Positions 9,415 to 17,924 of a DNA stretch of 64,000 nt are shown here, one piece after another. The stretch's first letter is position 1; every line of letters starts with the position of its first letter. The stretch is from the IMG/VR virus record IMGVR_UViG_2687453534_000001; one strand, written 5' to 3'. The stretch comes from a virus. The notes beneath the pieces are model-generated. The model was not told where the DNA came from and ran no database searches. It worked only from the letters and a program-made list of their open reading frames with translations. A program made the translations under genes and the position numbers.

Positions 9415-10340
9415 GCGACCAGTTCACCAACGACATTCCACGCGATGGCTGGGGTCGCCCGAAGATCAAGCAGCCAGACGGCAAGCTCAAGGCCTACCGC
9501 CGTACCACCAAGTTCATCAACGTGCTCGAAGACACCTACAACCTGGAGAAGTGGAAGCTGCGCCAGGTGGCACTAGGCCTAGGGCAGCGTGAAGACCTGG
9601 TGCTGGCCGCTGCGTCTTGCACACAAGAGGACAAGGGGACGCTCAACGACGTAGCGCACAAGGCGATGGAGCACGCGCGGTCATCGTCTAAGTCGACCAC
9701 CGGGACGGCGCTGCACAAGCTGTGCGAGCGCGTGGACCGCGGCGAGCCCCTGGGTTCCATACCGTCAGCGTTCGTTGGTGACATCGAGGCCTATGAGAAG
9801 TGTCGCGACGCCAACGGCTTGAAATACAAGCAGATCGAAATGATGCGCGTCCTGCATGACTGGCAGGTCGCCGGCACCCCAGACCGGGTGGGGGAGTACC
9901 AGGGGAAGCACTACATCATCGACGTGAAGACCGGAGACATCACCTGGTCTGAGCGTGAGATCTCGATGCAGCTCGGCGCGTACTCGCGCAGCACGGCATA
10001 CACCGCTGACGGCGACCAGGTTGACGGCTTTGAGATCGACCAGGACCGCGCCATCGTCATTCATCTGCCATCCGGTCAGGGAAAGTGCGAATTGCACTGG
10101 GTAGACATCGCGCGCGGATGGAAGGCATGCCAGCTCGCCAAGCAGGTATGGGACTGGCGCAGCGAGAGCGGCCTGTTCGTCCCGCTCAGCGAGGACGATC
10201 CGCTGATCCCTCTCGCGCTGGCCTGCACCACCGTGGAAGAACTTCGCGACCTCTGGCAGACCGCCTACGAGGAAGACGCGATTGACGATGCGTTCAAGGT
10301 CGTCGTCAAGCGACGCCTAGCCGAACTCGGCGCGGCGTAA
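9411..10340 (+). CDS. Cas4/RecB-family PD-(D/E)xK exonuclease
   Basis: YIIDVKTG (D..K) and EISMQLGAY (QxxxY) motifs. GGGGG RBS. Confidence 0.75.
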   Translation: MSDQFTNDIPRDGWGRPKIKQPDGKLKAYRRTTKFINVLEDTYNLEKWKLRQVALGLGQREDLVLAAASCTQEDKGTLNDVAHKAMEHARSSSKSTTGTALHKLCERVDRGEPLGSIPSAFVGDIEAYEKCRDANGLKYKQIEMMRVLHDWQVAGTPDRVGEYQGKHYIIDVKTGDITWSEREISMQLGAYSRSTAYTADGDQVDGFEIDQDRAIVIHLPSGQGKCELHWVDIARGWKACQLAKQVWDWRSESGLFVPLSEDDPLIPLALACTTVEELRDLWQTAYEEDAIDDAFKVVVKRRLAELGAA

Positions 10341-10374
10341 TCACAGCAACGGCACTACCAACGAAAGGTACGAA

Positions 10375-11355
10375 ATGAGCTGGCAGATGTGGACATTCAT
10401 TGTCCTGGCGTTTATCGCGGTCCCGATCATCGGGGTCGGTCTGTGGATGCTGCGCAAGTCCGGCAGCGTCGGTCCCAAGCCTGAGAAGGATGGGCCCAAT
10501 GACTATGACTACACGTACAAGCTGCGCGACTGGGGGAACCAAGCCGATCGCGTAGCCGAGAACCGCGGCACCTCGAAGATGACGATCATCGTCGGCACCG
10601 CCATTCTCGCGCTAGCGACGATCATCCTGGCTTTCGGATGCTTCACCATCGTTGCGACGCGCAGCGTCGGCATCGTGACCACGTTCGGAAAGCCTTCCGG
10701 GGCAACGCTCCAGAATGGGCTACACATCAAGGCACCCTGGTCGAACGTCACTGAGATGGATGGCGCGATTCAAAACGACGTGTTCAACGGTGACCACCGC
10801 GTGAAGATCCGCCTCGGCAACAACTCCACCGCTGACGCTGATGTCAACGTGCGCTGGCAGATCAAGGCTGACGCAGCCGATGTGCTCTTCGTCCAGTACA
10901 AGACGTTCGACAACGTGAAGTCCAACCTCGTCACTCGCTCACTCCAGTCCGCCATGAATGAGACCTTCGCGTCATTTGATCCTCTGACGCCCAAGAATGC
11001 CACCAATGGCGCTGACCTGGGCACTTTGTCGCGGGAAGTCCAGAAACGTCTGAACGACAAGATCAGCGCGCAAATCGAGGTGCTTGAGGTCAACGTGCCG
11101 ATCATCGACTACGACCAGCAGACCGAAGACAAGATCAACCAGTTCAACGCCGAGAAGGCCAACACGGCAGTGGCAGAACAGGCCAAGCAGACGGCACAGG
11201 CGCAGGCCGACGCCAACAAGATCCTGGCGTCGTCGGTGTCCAACGATCCGAACGTCATCATCATGTACTGCATCCAGAAGTCGCTGGAGAAGGGGCAGCC
11301 CACCGCTGGCTGCTGGCCGATCAACGGCGCCATACCGACCGTGCCCGTCCGATGA
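10375..11355 (+). CDS. SPFH/band-7 (HflK/C-like) membrane protein
   Basis: Two N-terminal TM segments. SPFH core SVGIVTTFGKP...GLHIKAPW. Gln/Ala-rich coiled-coil tail. Confidence 0.8.
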   Translation: MSWQMWTFIVLAFIAVPIIGVGLWMLRKSGSVGPKPEKDGPNDYDYTYKLRDWGNQADRVAENRGTSKMTIIVGTAILALATIILAFGCFTIVATRSVGIVTTFGKPSGATLQNGLHIKAPWSNVTEMDGAIQNDVFNGDHRVKIRLGNNSTADADVNVRWQIKADAADVLFVQYKTFDNVKSNLVTRSLQSAMNETFASFDPLTPKNATNGADLGTLSREVQKRLNDKISAQIEVLEVNVPIIDYDQQTEDKINQFNAEKANTAVAEQAKQTAQAQADANKILASSVSNDPNVIIMYCIQKSLEKGQPTAGCWPINGAIPTVPVR

Positions 11356-11699
11356 TCACCCTTGACGAGTACCAGCGCCGAGCGGCTGAAACGGCCATCT
11401 ACCCGGATGCTGGAGACGCGGACAGCGCCAACGGATTGGCCTATGTCGCGCTGGGTCTCGCTGGCGAGGCCGGTGAGATCGCGAACAAGGCCAAGAAAGT
11501 GCTACGCGACGACGCTGGCGTGATCACCGATGAGGCGCGGATGCGCATCATCTTCGAGCTGGGCGATGTGCTCTGGTATGTCGCCCAGACGGCGACCCAG
11601 CTCGGCGCTGATCTTGAGTCGATCGCGGGCATCAACATTGCCAAACTGGCCTCACGGACTGAGCGTGGCACGCTGCAAGGGTCCGGTGATTCGCGATGA
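11352..11699 (+). CDS. MazG-like nucleotide pyrophosphohydrolase
   Basis: EYQRRAAETAIYP...GLAGEAGEIANK...ELGDVLWYV. Confidence 0.8.
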   Translation: MITLDEYQRRAAETAIYPDAGDADSANGLAYVALGLAGEAGEIANKAKKVLRDDAGVITDEARMRIIFELGDVLWYVAQTATQLGADLESIAGINIAKLASRTERGTLQGSGDSR

Positions 11700-12187
11700 A
11701 GAAAAAGCGGCTGCTGCGCCTGGTCGCCAGCGAGCGCGAGCGCGCCGACAAGGCGGCGCAGACGATCGAACGGCTCACCCGAGATGGCGAACAGAATCGC
11801 CAGAACCACAAGGAGACTCGCGAGAAGCTACAGCGCACGATGGGGGTCATTCGCAAGGCTGAACGCGCGGCGGCGTATCTCACGCTACCCGAGTTCGGTT
11901 CCATCCCCTACTGCCCGATGTGCGACGAGAGGCTTGAAGATATTCAGGTTCACCTCGTCGGATGGACCCAGCCTGACACGCCATTCACGAGGTCATACAG
12001 CGTGCCCACAAGCGGCGGCAGCCCTTATCTGCCTACCGGGTTCGTGCAATACACCGAATGGTTCGGCACTGTCGAGAGCGTGAACGAGAACGCTGACACA
12101 CCAGCGCATCTGGTCTATCAGTGCGGTTGCGGCTATGTCTTCCGTACGAAGACGCGCGAGGACACACCGAGGGCGGTCATCACATGA
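11696..12187 (+). CDS. Hypothetical protein with coiled-coil N-terminus and Cys4 zinc-ribbon (CPMCDE...CGCG)
   Basis: 163-aa ORF in ATGA-coupled series. Confidence 0.5.
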   Translation: MKKKRLLRLVASERERADKAAQTIERLTRDGEQNRQNHKETREKLQRTMGVIRKAERAAAYLTLPEFGSIPYCPMCDERLEDIQVHLVGWTQPDTPFTRSYSVPTSGGSPYLPTGFVQYTEWFGTVESVNENADTPAHLVYQCGCGYVFRTKTREDTPRAVIT

Positions 12188-12372
12188 CCACCCACAAACG
12201 CTACGGCTACAGAGATAGGTATGACCGCGTGACCGGAGACGACGCACAGGCGCGACGCCTGAATGCTCAGATAGCGATGATCAGGCGCGCTCGCGAAACC
12301 GGGTTCCACATCACCGAGGTCGAGGCCAACCTGGCGGGCTTGCAGTTCAAGCCGCTCGACACCAAGCCGTAA
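12184..12372 (+). CDS. Hypothetical small protein
   Basis: ATGA overlap with the upstream gene. 62 aa. Confidence 0.45.
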   Translation: MTTHKRYGYRDRYDRVTGDDAQARRLNAQIAMIRRARETGFHITEVEANLAGLQFKPLDTKP

Positions 12373-12438
12373 CCGGCTGCGCCGGAACGGGATACGTGCG
12401 CCGCGCGTATCAACTACCAGGAATGAAAGGATCAACCA

Positions 12439-12903
12439 ATGAGTGATGACCTATTCGACGGTCCGGGCTCGGCCGATGTCATCAACTGGGAGGACCTGGA
12501 GAAGCGATTGTTGCTTGTCCAGCCTCTTGAGCTGAAGGTTGGAGTGCCGACCAAGAATTACGGCCCGAAGGACGCCATCGAGGCCAACGTTCACGTGCTG
12601 GACGGCCCGGAGGCTGGCTCGGTGTACCGCAACGGGTACGTCTTCCCGCTGGTGCTGCAAGGTCAGATCAAGAGCAACATCGGAACTGGCCGTTTCAACC
12701 TTGGTCGCCTCGGCAAGGGTGTGCCCAAGCCGGGCCAGAAGCCGCCCTGGACACTGAGCGAGCCGACCGAGGATGAGAAGGCGCTGGCGCGAAAGTATCT
12801 CGCTAGCGACAAGTTCCAGCAGAACATGGCCGCACCTGTCGCCGCGGCATCCGCACCTGCGAATGACCCATGGTCGAACAACAGCGCGGAACCACCGTTC
12901 TGA
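12439..12903 (+). CDS. Hypothetical protein
   Basis: 154 aa. Preceded by the TCAACTACCAGG motif and an AAAGGA RBS. Confidence 0.6.
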   Translation: MSDDLFDGPGSADVINWEDLEKRLLLVQPLELKVGVPTKNYGPKDAIEANVHVLDGPEAGSVYRNGYVFPLVLQGQIKSNIGTGRFNLGRLGKGVPKPGQKPPWTLSEPTEDEKALARKYLASDKFQQNMAAPVAAASAPANDPWSNNSAEPPF

Positions 12904-12958
12904 TAAGCGGCCGAGGCTAGAAGCGGATCAACCCCCGCCCGATCTGCTCGTCTCGGCA

Positions 12959-13031
12959 GGCGCTCCGCTCCCGGTCCCTACCGCAACGATTGGTTTCAGG
13001 TCCCAATCGTTGGCGTCGGGGGCGGAGCGCC
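12959..13031 (+). other. Nested 73-nt stem-loop: 15-bp outer stem (one G-U) and 10-bp inner stem with a 9-nt loop; possible terminator or small structured RNA
   Basis: GGCGCTCCGCTCCCG ... CGGGGGCGGAGCGCC enclosing CAACGATTGG-tttcaggtc-CCAATCGTTG. No U-tract follows. It is not a tRNA (no cloverleaf). Confidence 0.4.
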
Positions 13032-13077
13032 ACCCCCAAACCTACTGACACAACACGACAATCACGCGGAGAGTGAA

Positions 13078-13287
13078 ATGAGCGCGCCAGCACCGGCCTG
13101 CAAGTGCGGTCACGACGATGACACGCACGTCGCCGGATTCGGTCAGTGCCTCGGTTGCACGCACTGCCCCGACATCCCGCACAACGCGAAATCCGGACAT
13201 GTCTACGAGCGCTGCCTATGCACCGAGTTCAAGCGCGACGATGAGAGCGCCGGCCAGACGGAGCGACTGATGGGAATGCAGGGGTGA
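13078..13287 (+). CDS. Small Cys/His-rich protein
   Basis: GGAGAG RBS. CKCGHDDDTH...CLGCTHCPDIPH...CLC. Confidence 0.5.
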   Translation: MSAPAPACKCGHDDDTHVAGFGQCLGCTHCPDIPHNAKSGHVYERCLCTEFKRDDESAGQTERLMGMQG

Positions 13288-13511
13288 GCGCCAAGACTAT
13301 CCGCGCGCGCGAGATCGCCAATGAGGTTCGCAACGACGCCGCGACTGATGTCAAGAACTTCGACGGCCGTGAGCTGACTGGGCGACTGGTCGGCGAAATC
13401 AATGGCAATACCAACGGTCTCATCGTCGGTCTGGCCAATTGTATAGAGACGTTGGCGACCGAGATCGAGCGGCTTGAGAATCGGATGCCCCCTCAACAGG
13501 GGTGGTGGTGA
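13284..13511 (+). CDS. Hypothetical protein
   Basis: GTG start in GTGA overlap. 75 aa. Confidence 0.5.
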   Translation: MSAKTIRAREIANEVRNDAATDVKNFDGRELTGRLVGEINGNTNGLIVGLANCIETLATEIERLENRMPPQQGWW

Positions 13512-14224
13512 TGTTCACCTATTCCACATGCGTCACGTGCAACACGATCATGATCGTTACAGACCACGACCAGCGTCAGCACCCGGAGTGTGCAGAGAAC
13601 GCGCCAGCACCAACCCTGACGCGTGTGGAACAGTTGACCGAAAAGCTGCGCGCGACGGTCCATGTGGGCGACCAGCATGAGCTGGAGGCGCGAATAGAGG
13701 CTGAGCTGAAAACAATCGATGAGCAGCCTCCAGCGCTGGGGCTTTCGGCGCTTTTCTACGCCACCGAGTACGGCTGGCCCGTGTTCCCACTGGAGGTGGG
13801 CGGGAAGCGGCCAGCGATCGCGAAAAAAGACGGCGGGAACGGTTTCAAGGATGCGACGACCGACCCTGAGCGCATCAAGAAGTTCTGGACCAAACACCCG
13901 CTATGCAACATCGGCATACCGACCGGCATCCACTTCGATGTGATCGATGTAGACGTGCCTGATGGTTGGTTGTCGTTGCGCGACATGCTTAATGAGGATC
14001 GCGTACCGGATGTTCATGGCCGCGTGGCCACCTCATCTGGTGGCGTGCACCTACTCATCGAACCCACTGGCGACGGCAACTCAGCACGCATCGCACCCGG
14101 TATCGACTACCGCGGCGCGGGTGGCTATGTCGTCGCGCCACCCTCACGAATAGACCCCCAGCACCGCTGGTCGTGGACGGTCAAGCCGTCACCGAAAGTA
14201 AAGGGAGAGAGAAACAATGAATGA
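13511..14224 (+). CDS. Bifunctional primase-polymerase (Prim-Pol) N-terminal-domain protein
   Basis: ALFYATEYGWPVFPL...GKRP...GFKDATTDPERI...NIGIPTG...VIDVDV...SGGVHLL...DYRGAGGYVVAPPS. GTG 13502 is an alternative start. Confidence 0.8.
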   Translation: MFTYSTCVTCNTIMIVTDHDQRQHPECAENAPAPTLTRVEQLTEKLRATVHVGDQHELEARIEAELKTIDEQPPALGLSALFYATEYGWPVFPLEVGGKRPAIAKKDGGNGFKDATTDPERIKKFWTKHPLCNIGIPTGIHFDVIDVDVPDGWLSLRDMLNEDRVPDVHGRVATSSGGVHLLIEPTGDGNSARIAPGIDYRGAGGYVVAPPSRIDPQHRWSWTVKPSPKVKGERNNE

Positions 14225-14528
14225 ATCAACTAACACCCATGAAGACCCCATCGTGAAGCATGTGGACTCTGAAGTCCTGCTAGACATCTGGCTCGATGGA
14301 TTCTCCAGTGGCATGGCGACTTTGATCCTGAACGCGGCCGAGGGGCACGATGACGCGCCACCTGAGATGGTGCAGGACGCCATGGTTCAGAGAATCGTCG
14401 GAGAAATCATGAGCGACCCGGCGGCGATGGAGACAGCGCGTCAGAAGATCTTTGCGCGTGTGCTCGGTGCTCCGCAGTTCGGGACCATCAAGCTCGACCT
14501 CGCGCGCATGGACCCCGATAAGTCATAG
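14217..14528 (+). CDS. Hypothetical protein
   Basis: 103 aa, acidic. Confidence 0.5.
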   Translation: MNESTNTHEDPIVKHVDSEVLLDIWLDGFSSGMATLILNAAEGHDDAPPEMVQDAMVQRIVGEIMSDPAAMETARQKIFARVLGAPQFGTIKLDLARMDPDKS

Positions 14529-14584
14529 CTCCATATCAACTACCAGGCAATGAATCAACAATCATAACAACGAAACTGGAGATA

Positions 14585-14716
14585 ATGATGAAGCACTGGA
14601 TCTACAAATTCCTGGGCATTCGAGTACGGGAGTACGACGAGACGCCCGCCTACACGGCGACCGTCAAGCGTCTCGGATTCAACCCGGAGACGCTGGTCTG
14701 GGTGGTGTCGGCATGA
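14585..14716 (+). CDS. Small protein (43 aa)
   Basis: GGAGA RBS. ATGATG start. Stop overlaps the next ATG (ATGA). Confidence 0.4.
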   Translation: MMKHWIYKFLGIRVREYDETPAYTATVKRLGFNPETLVWVVSA

Positions 14717-14961
14717 CCTACCTACCGGTCACCGAAGAGGACCAAGCCTGGCAGGAGACGGTCGGCGAGTCGCTGAACGCGATGATAAAAGAGCATCGCG
14801 ACATGGTGCGAGAGCATGGCACCCCGCCGCTGAAACTCCTGGCGGGCCTGCTGAACACGGCAGTCAAGACGTTCGGTACCGAGGACTTTCTGAGGATCGA
14901 AGATCTTATCGATCTCTTCGTCATCGCGCTTGATCGACTTGCGCAACAAGAGGTGTCGTGA
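14713..14961 (+). CDS. Small protein, member 1 of a tandem triplicated family (...DRLAQQ C-terminus)
   Basis: C-terminal IEDLIDLFVIALDRLAQQEVS resembles the next two ORFs. Confidence 0.55.
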   Translation: MTYLPVTEEDQAWQETVGESLNAMIKEHRDMVREHGTPPLKLLAGLLNTAVKTFGTEDFLRIEDLIDLFVIALDRLAQQEVS

Positions 14962-15227
14962 CCATGGACGGAATGGATGTGACACCGGTTCTCGCCGGGA
15001 TGATTGACACCTGGCCCCAAGAGGTTGGCGATGAACTCGATGAGATGATCGACGACCATGTTGAGCTGGTCGGACAGGTCACGCCTCATCGCGGCGTGGC
15101 ACTGGTCAACATCGCAGCGAAATTCGCGGCGATGCACGAGAAGGCCGAAGTTGGCGAGATCAACGAACTCGTCAGCCTTCTCGTGCTCGCAATCGACCGT
15201 CTGGCACAACAGCGGGAGGCGTCATGA
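14958..15227 (+). CDS. Small protein, member 2 of the tandem triplicated family
   Basis: INELVSLLVLAIDRLAQQREAS. GTGA overlap. Confidence 0.55.
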   Translation: MTMDGMDVTPVLAGMIDTWPQEVGDELDEMIDDHVELVGQVTPHRGVALVNIAAKFAAMHEKAEVGEINELVSLLVLAIDRLAQQREAS

Positions 15228-15469
15228 CGCACCCGTTCACGCCCGTACAAGAGGCCGAAGCGATCGCCTGGTACGCGAAAGTTGGTGCGGAGCTTGATGT
15301 GATGCTTGCTTCGCAGCCGGAAACCGGGCCACTTCCCGCGAAGTTCATCGCCGGGGTGATGGCGCTTGGGGCGTCGATGAGGCCAGAACTGAAAATGGAG
15401 AACCTCATCGACCTACTGGTCGTCGCGGTAGATCGTCTCGCGCAGCAGCGAAGTACGACTGATGGCTAA
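15224..15469 (+). CDS. Small protein, member 3 of the tandem triplicated family
   Basis: MENLIDLLVVAVDRLAQQRSTTDG. ATGA overlap. Confidence 0.55.
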   Translation: MTHPFTPVQEAEAIAWYAKVGAELDVMLASQPETGPLPAKFIAGVMALGASMRPELKMENLIDLLVVAVDRLAQQRSTTDG

Positions 15470-15716
15470 CCCGGAGCGCACTGTCTACAGCTTTCCCGGC
15501 ACTCCGTGGGTGTATCTCGTCGCGATATGTCACGACTGCGGCGAAAGGGTGGCGTTCGCTGGCCCCTCGGCGTCACGTGCGCGCGACGATTGGATGAGCA
15601 GTCACACCGACGAAAATCCAACACACCAAATCACGATAGCGGTTGAAGTGCATACAACTTCGGCGCGCGTCGAATGCACGATGGTGAGCTTTCAGGGAGT
15701 GGAGGCAAGGAGATGA
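15462..15716 (+). CDS. Hypothetical protein
   Basis: 84 aa. Confidence 0.5.
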   Translation: MANPERTVYSFPGTPWVYLVAICHDCGERVAFAGPSASRARDDWMSSHTDENPTHQITIAVEVHTTSARVECTMVSFQGVEARR

Positions 15717-16225
15717 ACACAGGACCGACCAACAAACGCTGGCTACGAAAGCTGATACGGCGCGAGCCACATCAGCTCATCTACAACAGCTACGGCGAGC
15801 TGTATCTGAAACGGTGGTATGTCATTCCGCGCAACCCGCTGCTGAATGTGTACGTCCATCAGTTCATTCACAGTGACGACGATCGCGCACCACACGACCA
15901 TCCCTGGTGGTTCGTCTCATGGGTGCTCAAGGGTCACTACTTCGAGCACACCGACACTGGAGTGATCCGGCGCGAGCGTTGGTCGTGGGCGTTTCGGCGA
16001 GCCGTCCATCGCCATCGCGTAGAGCTGCCGTCTGAGCCGACCTGGAACTTTGATCGTGATGAGTGGCAAGAGGTTCCAGCATGGACGCTGCTCATCACCG
16101 GCCGGCGCGTGCGCCAGTGGGGATTCTGGTGCCCGACGCGGTACACAGTAGGACTGGAGCCGTATAACTCAGCTGCACGCTTCGTCCCGTGGCAGGACTT
16201 CGGCGTGGGTGGGTGCGGTGAGTAG
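15713..16225 (+). CDS. Hypothetical protein
   Basis: GGAGGCAAGGAG RBS. ATGA overlap. 170 aa. Confidence 0.55.
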   Translation: MNTGPTNKRWLRKLIRREPHQLIYNSYGELYLKRWYVIPRNPLLNVYVHQFIHSDDDRAPHDHPWWFVSWVLKGHYFEHTDTGVIRRERWSWAFRRAVHRHRVELPSEPTWNFDRDEWQEVPAWTLLITGRRVRQWGFWCPTRYTVGLEPYNSAARFVPWQDFGVGGCGE

Positions 16226-16880
16226 CCCATGCCTGGTACATCACGCGGCCGTGGCCGCGGTCATCGCTATCCCGATCGCAGCAGTGGCGTACGTCGCCCT
16301 GTTCTGGGAGCCACCGCTACGGATACTCCCCAACTTCAGTGGCATCTATGCGAGAGATGCGACAAGCCATTCAGACACCCCAATATCAGAGCAAGGCTCT
16401 GCTATCTCTGCAATGAATCACAACGAAAGGTGTACGGAGACAGTGAAAACAACCATTGAACGCCTACGCGTCGAACGTGAAGGTGTCGTGAACTACCTGC
16501 GGAGCCTCGATGCCGAGATTGAGCGCGAGGAAATGTCAGGCATGCCGGTCGAGCCGAGCGAGCCATTCGCGGTCGTCGCGTTCATCAAGGTTCGCGAGGA
16601 TGACCAGCAGCCGTTGAACTACGCGGCCATTCGCAACGGCGACAGGTGGGTGCTCACGCAGGACTCACGATCCAACTACCCGCAGCGCTCGCGCTGCTGG
16701 GATGAACTTATGCGATGGATCGGGCCGGACGAATGGCCGAACGTCCGCGTGCTGGCCGAGAAGCGCGACAACCCGGTGAACAGTGATCAGATCGTGAACT
16801 ATCACGTGAACGGTCACGTCTCCGACATTGATGGATGGCTGAGTAAACGTGACAACCAACTAAGGAGTCAACAGCTATGA
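16209..16880 (+). CDS. Hypothetical protein with an N-terminal TM segment (start uncertain; possible internal start about 16413)
   Basis: In this frame GC3 is about 75% over the first 45 codons, against about 46% in the competing 16229..16459 frame. Confidence 0.45.
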   Translation: MGAVSSPCLVHHAAVAAVIAIPIAAVAYVALFWEPPLRILPNFSGIYARDATSHSDTPISEQGSAISAMNHNERCTETVKTTIERLRVEREGVVNYLRSLDAEIEREEMSGMPVEPSEPFAVVAFIKVREDDQQPLNYAAIRNGDRWVLTQDSRSNYPQRSRCWDELMRWIGPDEWPNVRVLAEKRDNPVNSDQIVNYHVNGHVSDIDGWLSKRDNQLRSQQL

Positions 16881-17314
16881 GGATGAAGCGCGCCTTGCTG
16901 ATTCAGGCAATAGATGATGCGCTCAAGGCCCACGAGGACGACAAAGACCGGTACTCGCGTGAGGTCAAGGAATGGAATACGAGACGAGAGGGGCGCTGGT
17001 ATGCGCAGTCTCAGCCGCGCTGGAGAGCGCTGCGCGACATGATCACTCAGAAGATCCGTCACAACGAGACGATCACAAACGCGGAGATCGAGCGAGCTAT
17101 GGGTGCCAGCAATCTCCGTGATCACGCCTGGTACAAGGACAAGGTGCCGCTCAACGATGCTGTTCCACGCGTGCGGCCCGTGGACGTTGTCAGCCTGACC
17201 GCACTCCGGCGCACGCTCGAAGCGATCGCCGAGGACGAGGTGAGTAGCGCTCAGCTTGAACGTCTGGGATTCCGCAAGCTGTACGACGTGTTCAGGGCCG
17301 CGGCTGGCGTCTGA
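16877..17314 (+). CDS. Hypothetical protein
   Basis: AAGGAG RBS. 145 aa. Confidence 0.55.
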   Translation: MRMKRALLIQAIDDALKAHEDDKDRYSREVKEWNTRREGRWYAQSQPRWRALRDMITQKIRHNETITNAEIERAMGASNLRDHAWYKDKVPLNDAVPRVRPVDVVSLTALRRTLEAIAEDEVSSAQLERLGFRKLYDVFRAAAGV

Positions 17315-17486
17315 TGTTCGTCCTGCGAATGTGGTGGCACTCGTTCCGCGGTCACCGCGTACTCGGCGAGACAGCCGGGCGCGGTGACCGCGCGGCGTTC
17401 GCGTGCTCATGTGGACGCGTATGGGAGCTGTAGTGCGCCCGTGTGGCGCACAATGAGAGGCAATCACAACACACCCGAGGAGTGCC

Positions 17487-17921
17487 ATGGGTTCGGAAAC
17501 CGACCTGATCAGCATGATCGAGACGACAATTACCGGGCACTGGCCAGACAAACAACAGGACACCGAGGGCGAGCCGACGCTGAGAACAGTTGCCACGGAC
17601 ATCGCCCGAGCGGTTCTCTATGCCGCTTTCCCGCAGCGTGTTCTAAACGGCCCGGACCCGAGCCGGCCGATCGACTGGGGCGAGGCCATGCGCGGCGGTA
17701 TCACCGTCGTGGACGAGTCGCCCACCGTCAAATACGTGCACACCATCCATGCGCCGCAATCGATCGTGGATCGCCTGATCGCCGGTGAGGACATGCTGGA
17801 GATGACGCGCGAAGAGTTCTTTGACGCCCCCGGTGAATGGACAGCCCTGGGTGTAGATGCCGACACGGCGCAGCGTTTCGCGGCCATTGGGTCGGCGGCC
17901 GAAGATGGTCCGTGGATCTAG
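17487..17921 (+). CDS. Hypothetical protein
   Basis: GAGGAG RBS. 144 aa. Confidence 0.5.
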   Translation: MGSETDLISMIETTITGHWPDKQQDTEGEPTLRTVATDIARAVLYAAFPQRVLNGPDPSRPIDWGEAMRGGITVVDESPTVKYVHTIHAPQSIVDRLIAGEDMLEMTREEFFDAPGEWTALGVDADTAQRFAAIGSAAEDGPWI

Positions 17922-17924
17922 TCC

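Noticed and set aside
12959-13031. Possible tRNA at the 73-nt stem-loop
   Set aside because: The 15-bp continuous stem, absence of D/T arms and absence of CCA rule out a cloverleaf. Kept as an unexplained RNA or DNA structure instead.
16229-16459. Alternative 76-aa Cys-containing ORF overlapping the start of 16209..16880
   Set aside because: GC3 is about 46% in this frame against about 75% in the 16209 frame. It is probably a shadow ORF.
17384-17788. Alternative 134-aa Arg-rich ORF overlapping 17487..17921
   Set aside because: The Arg/His-rich low-complexity translation is typical of an off-frame read in GC-rich DNA. The 17487 frame has a GAGGAG RBS.
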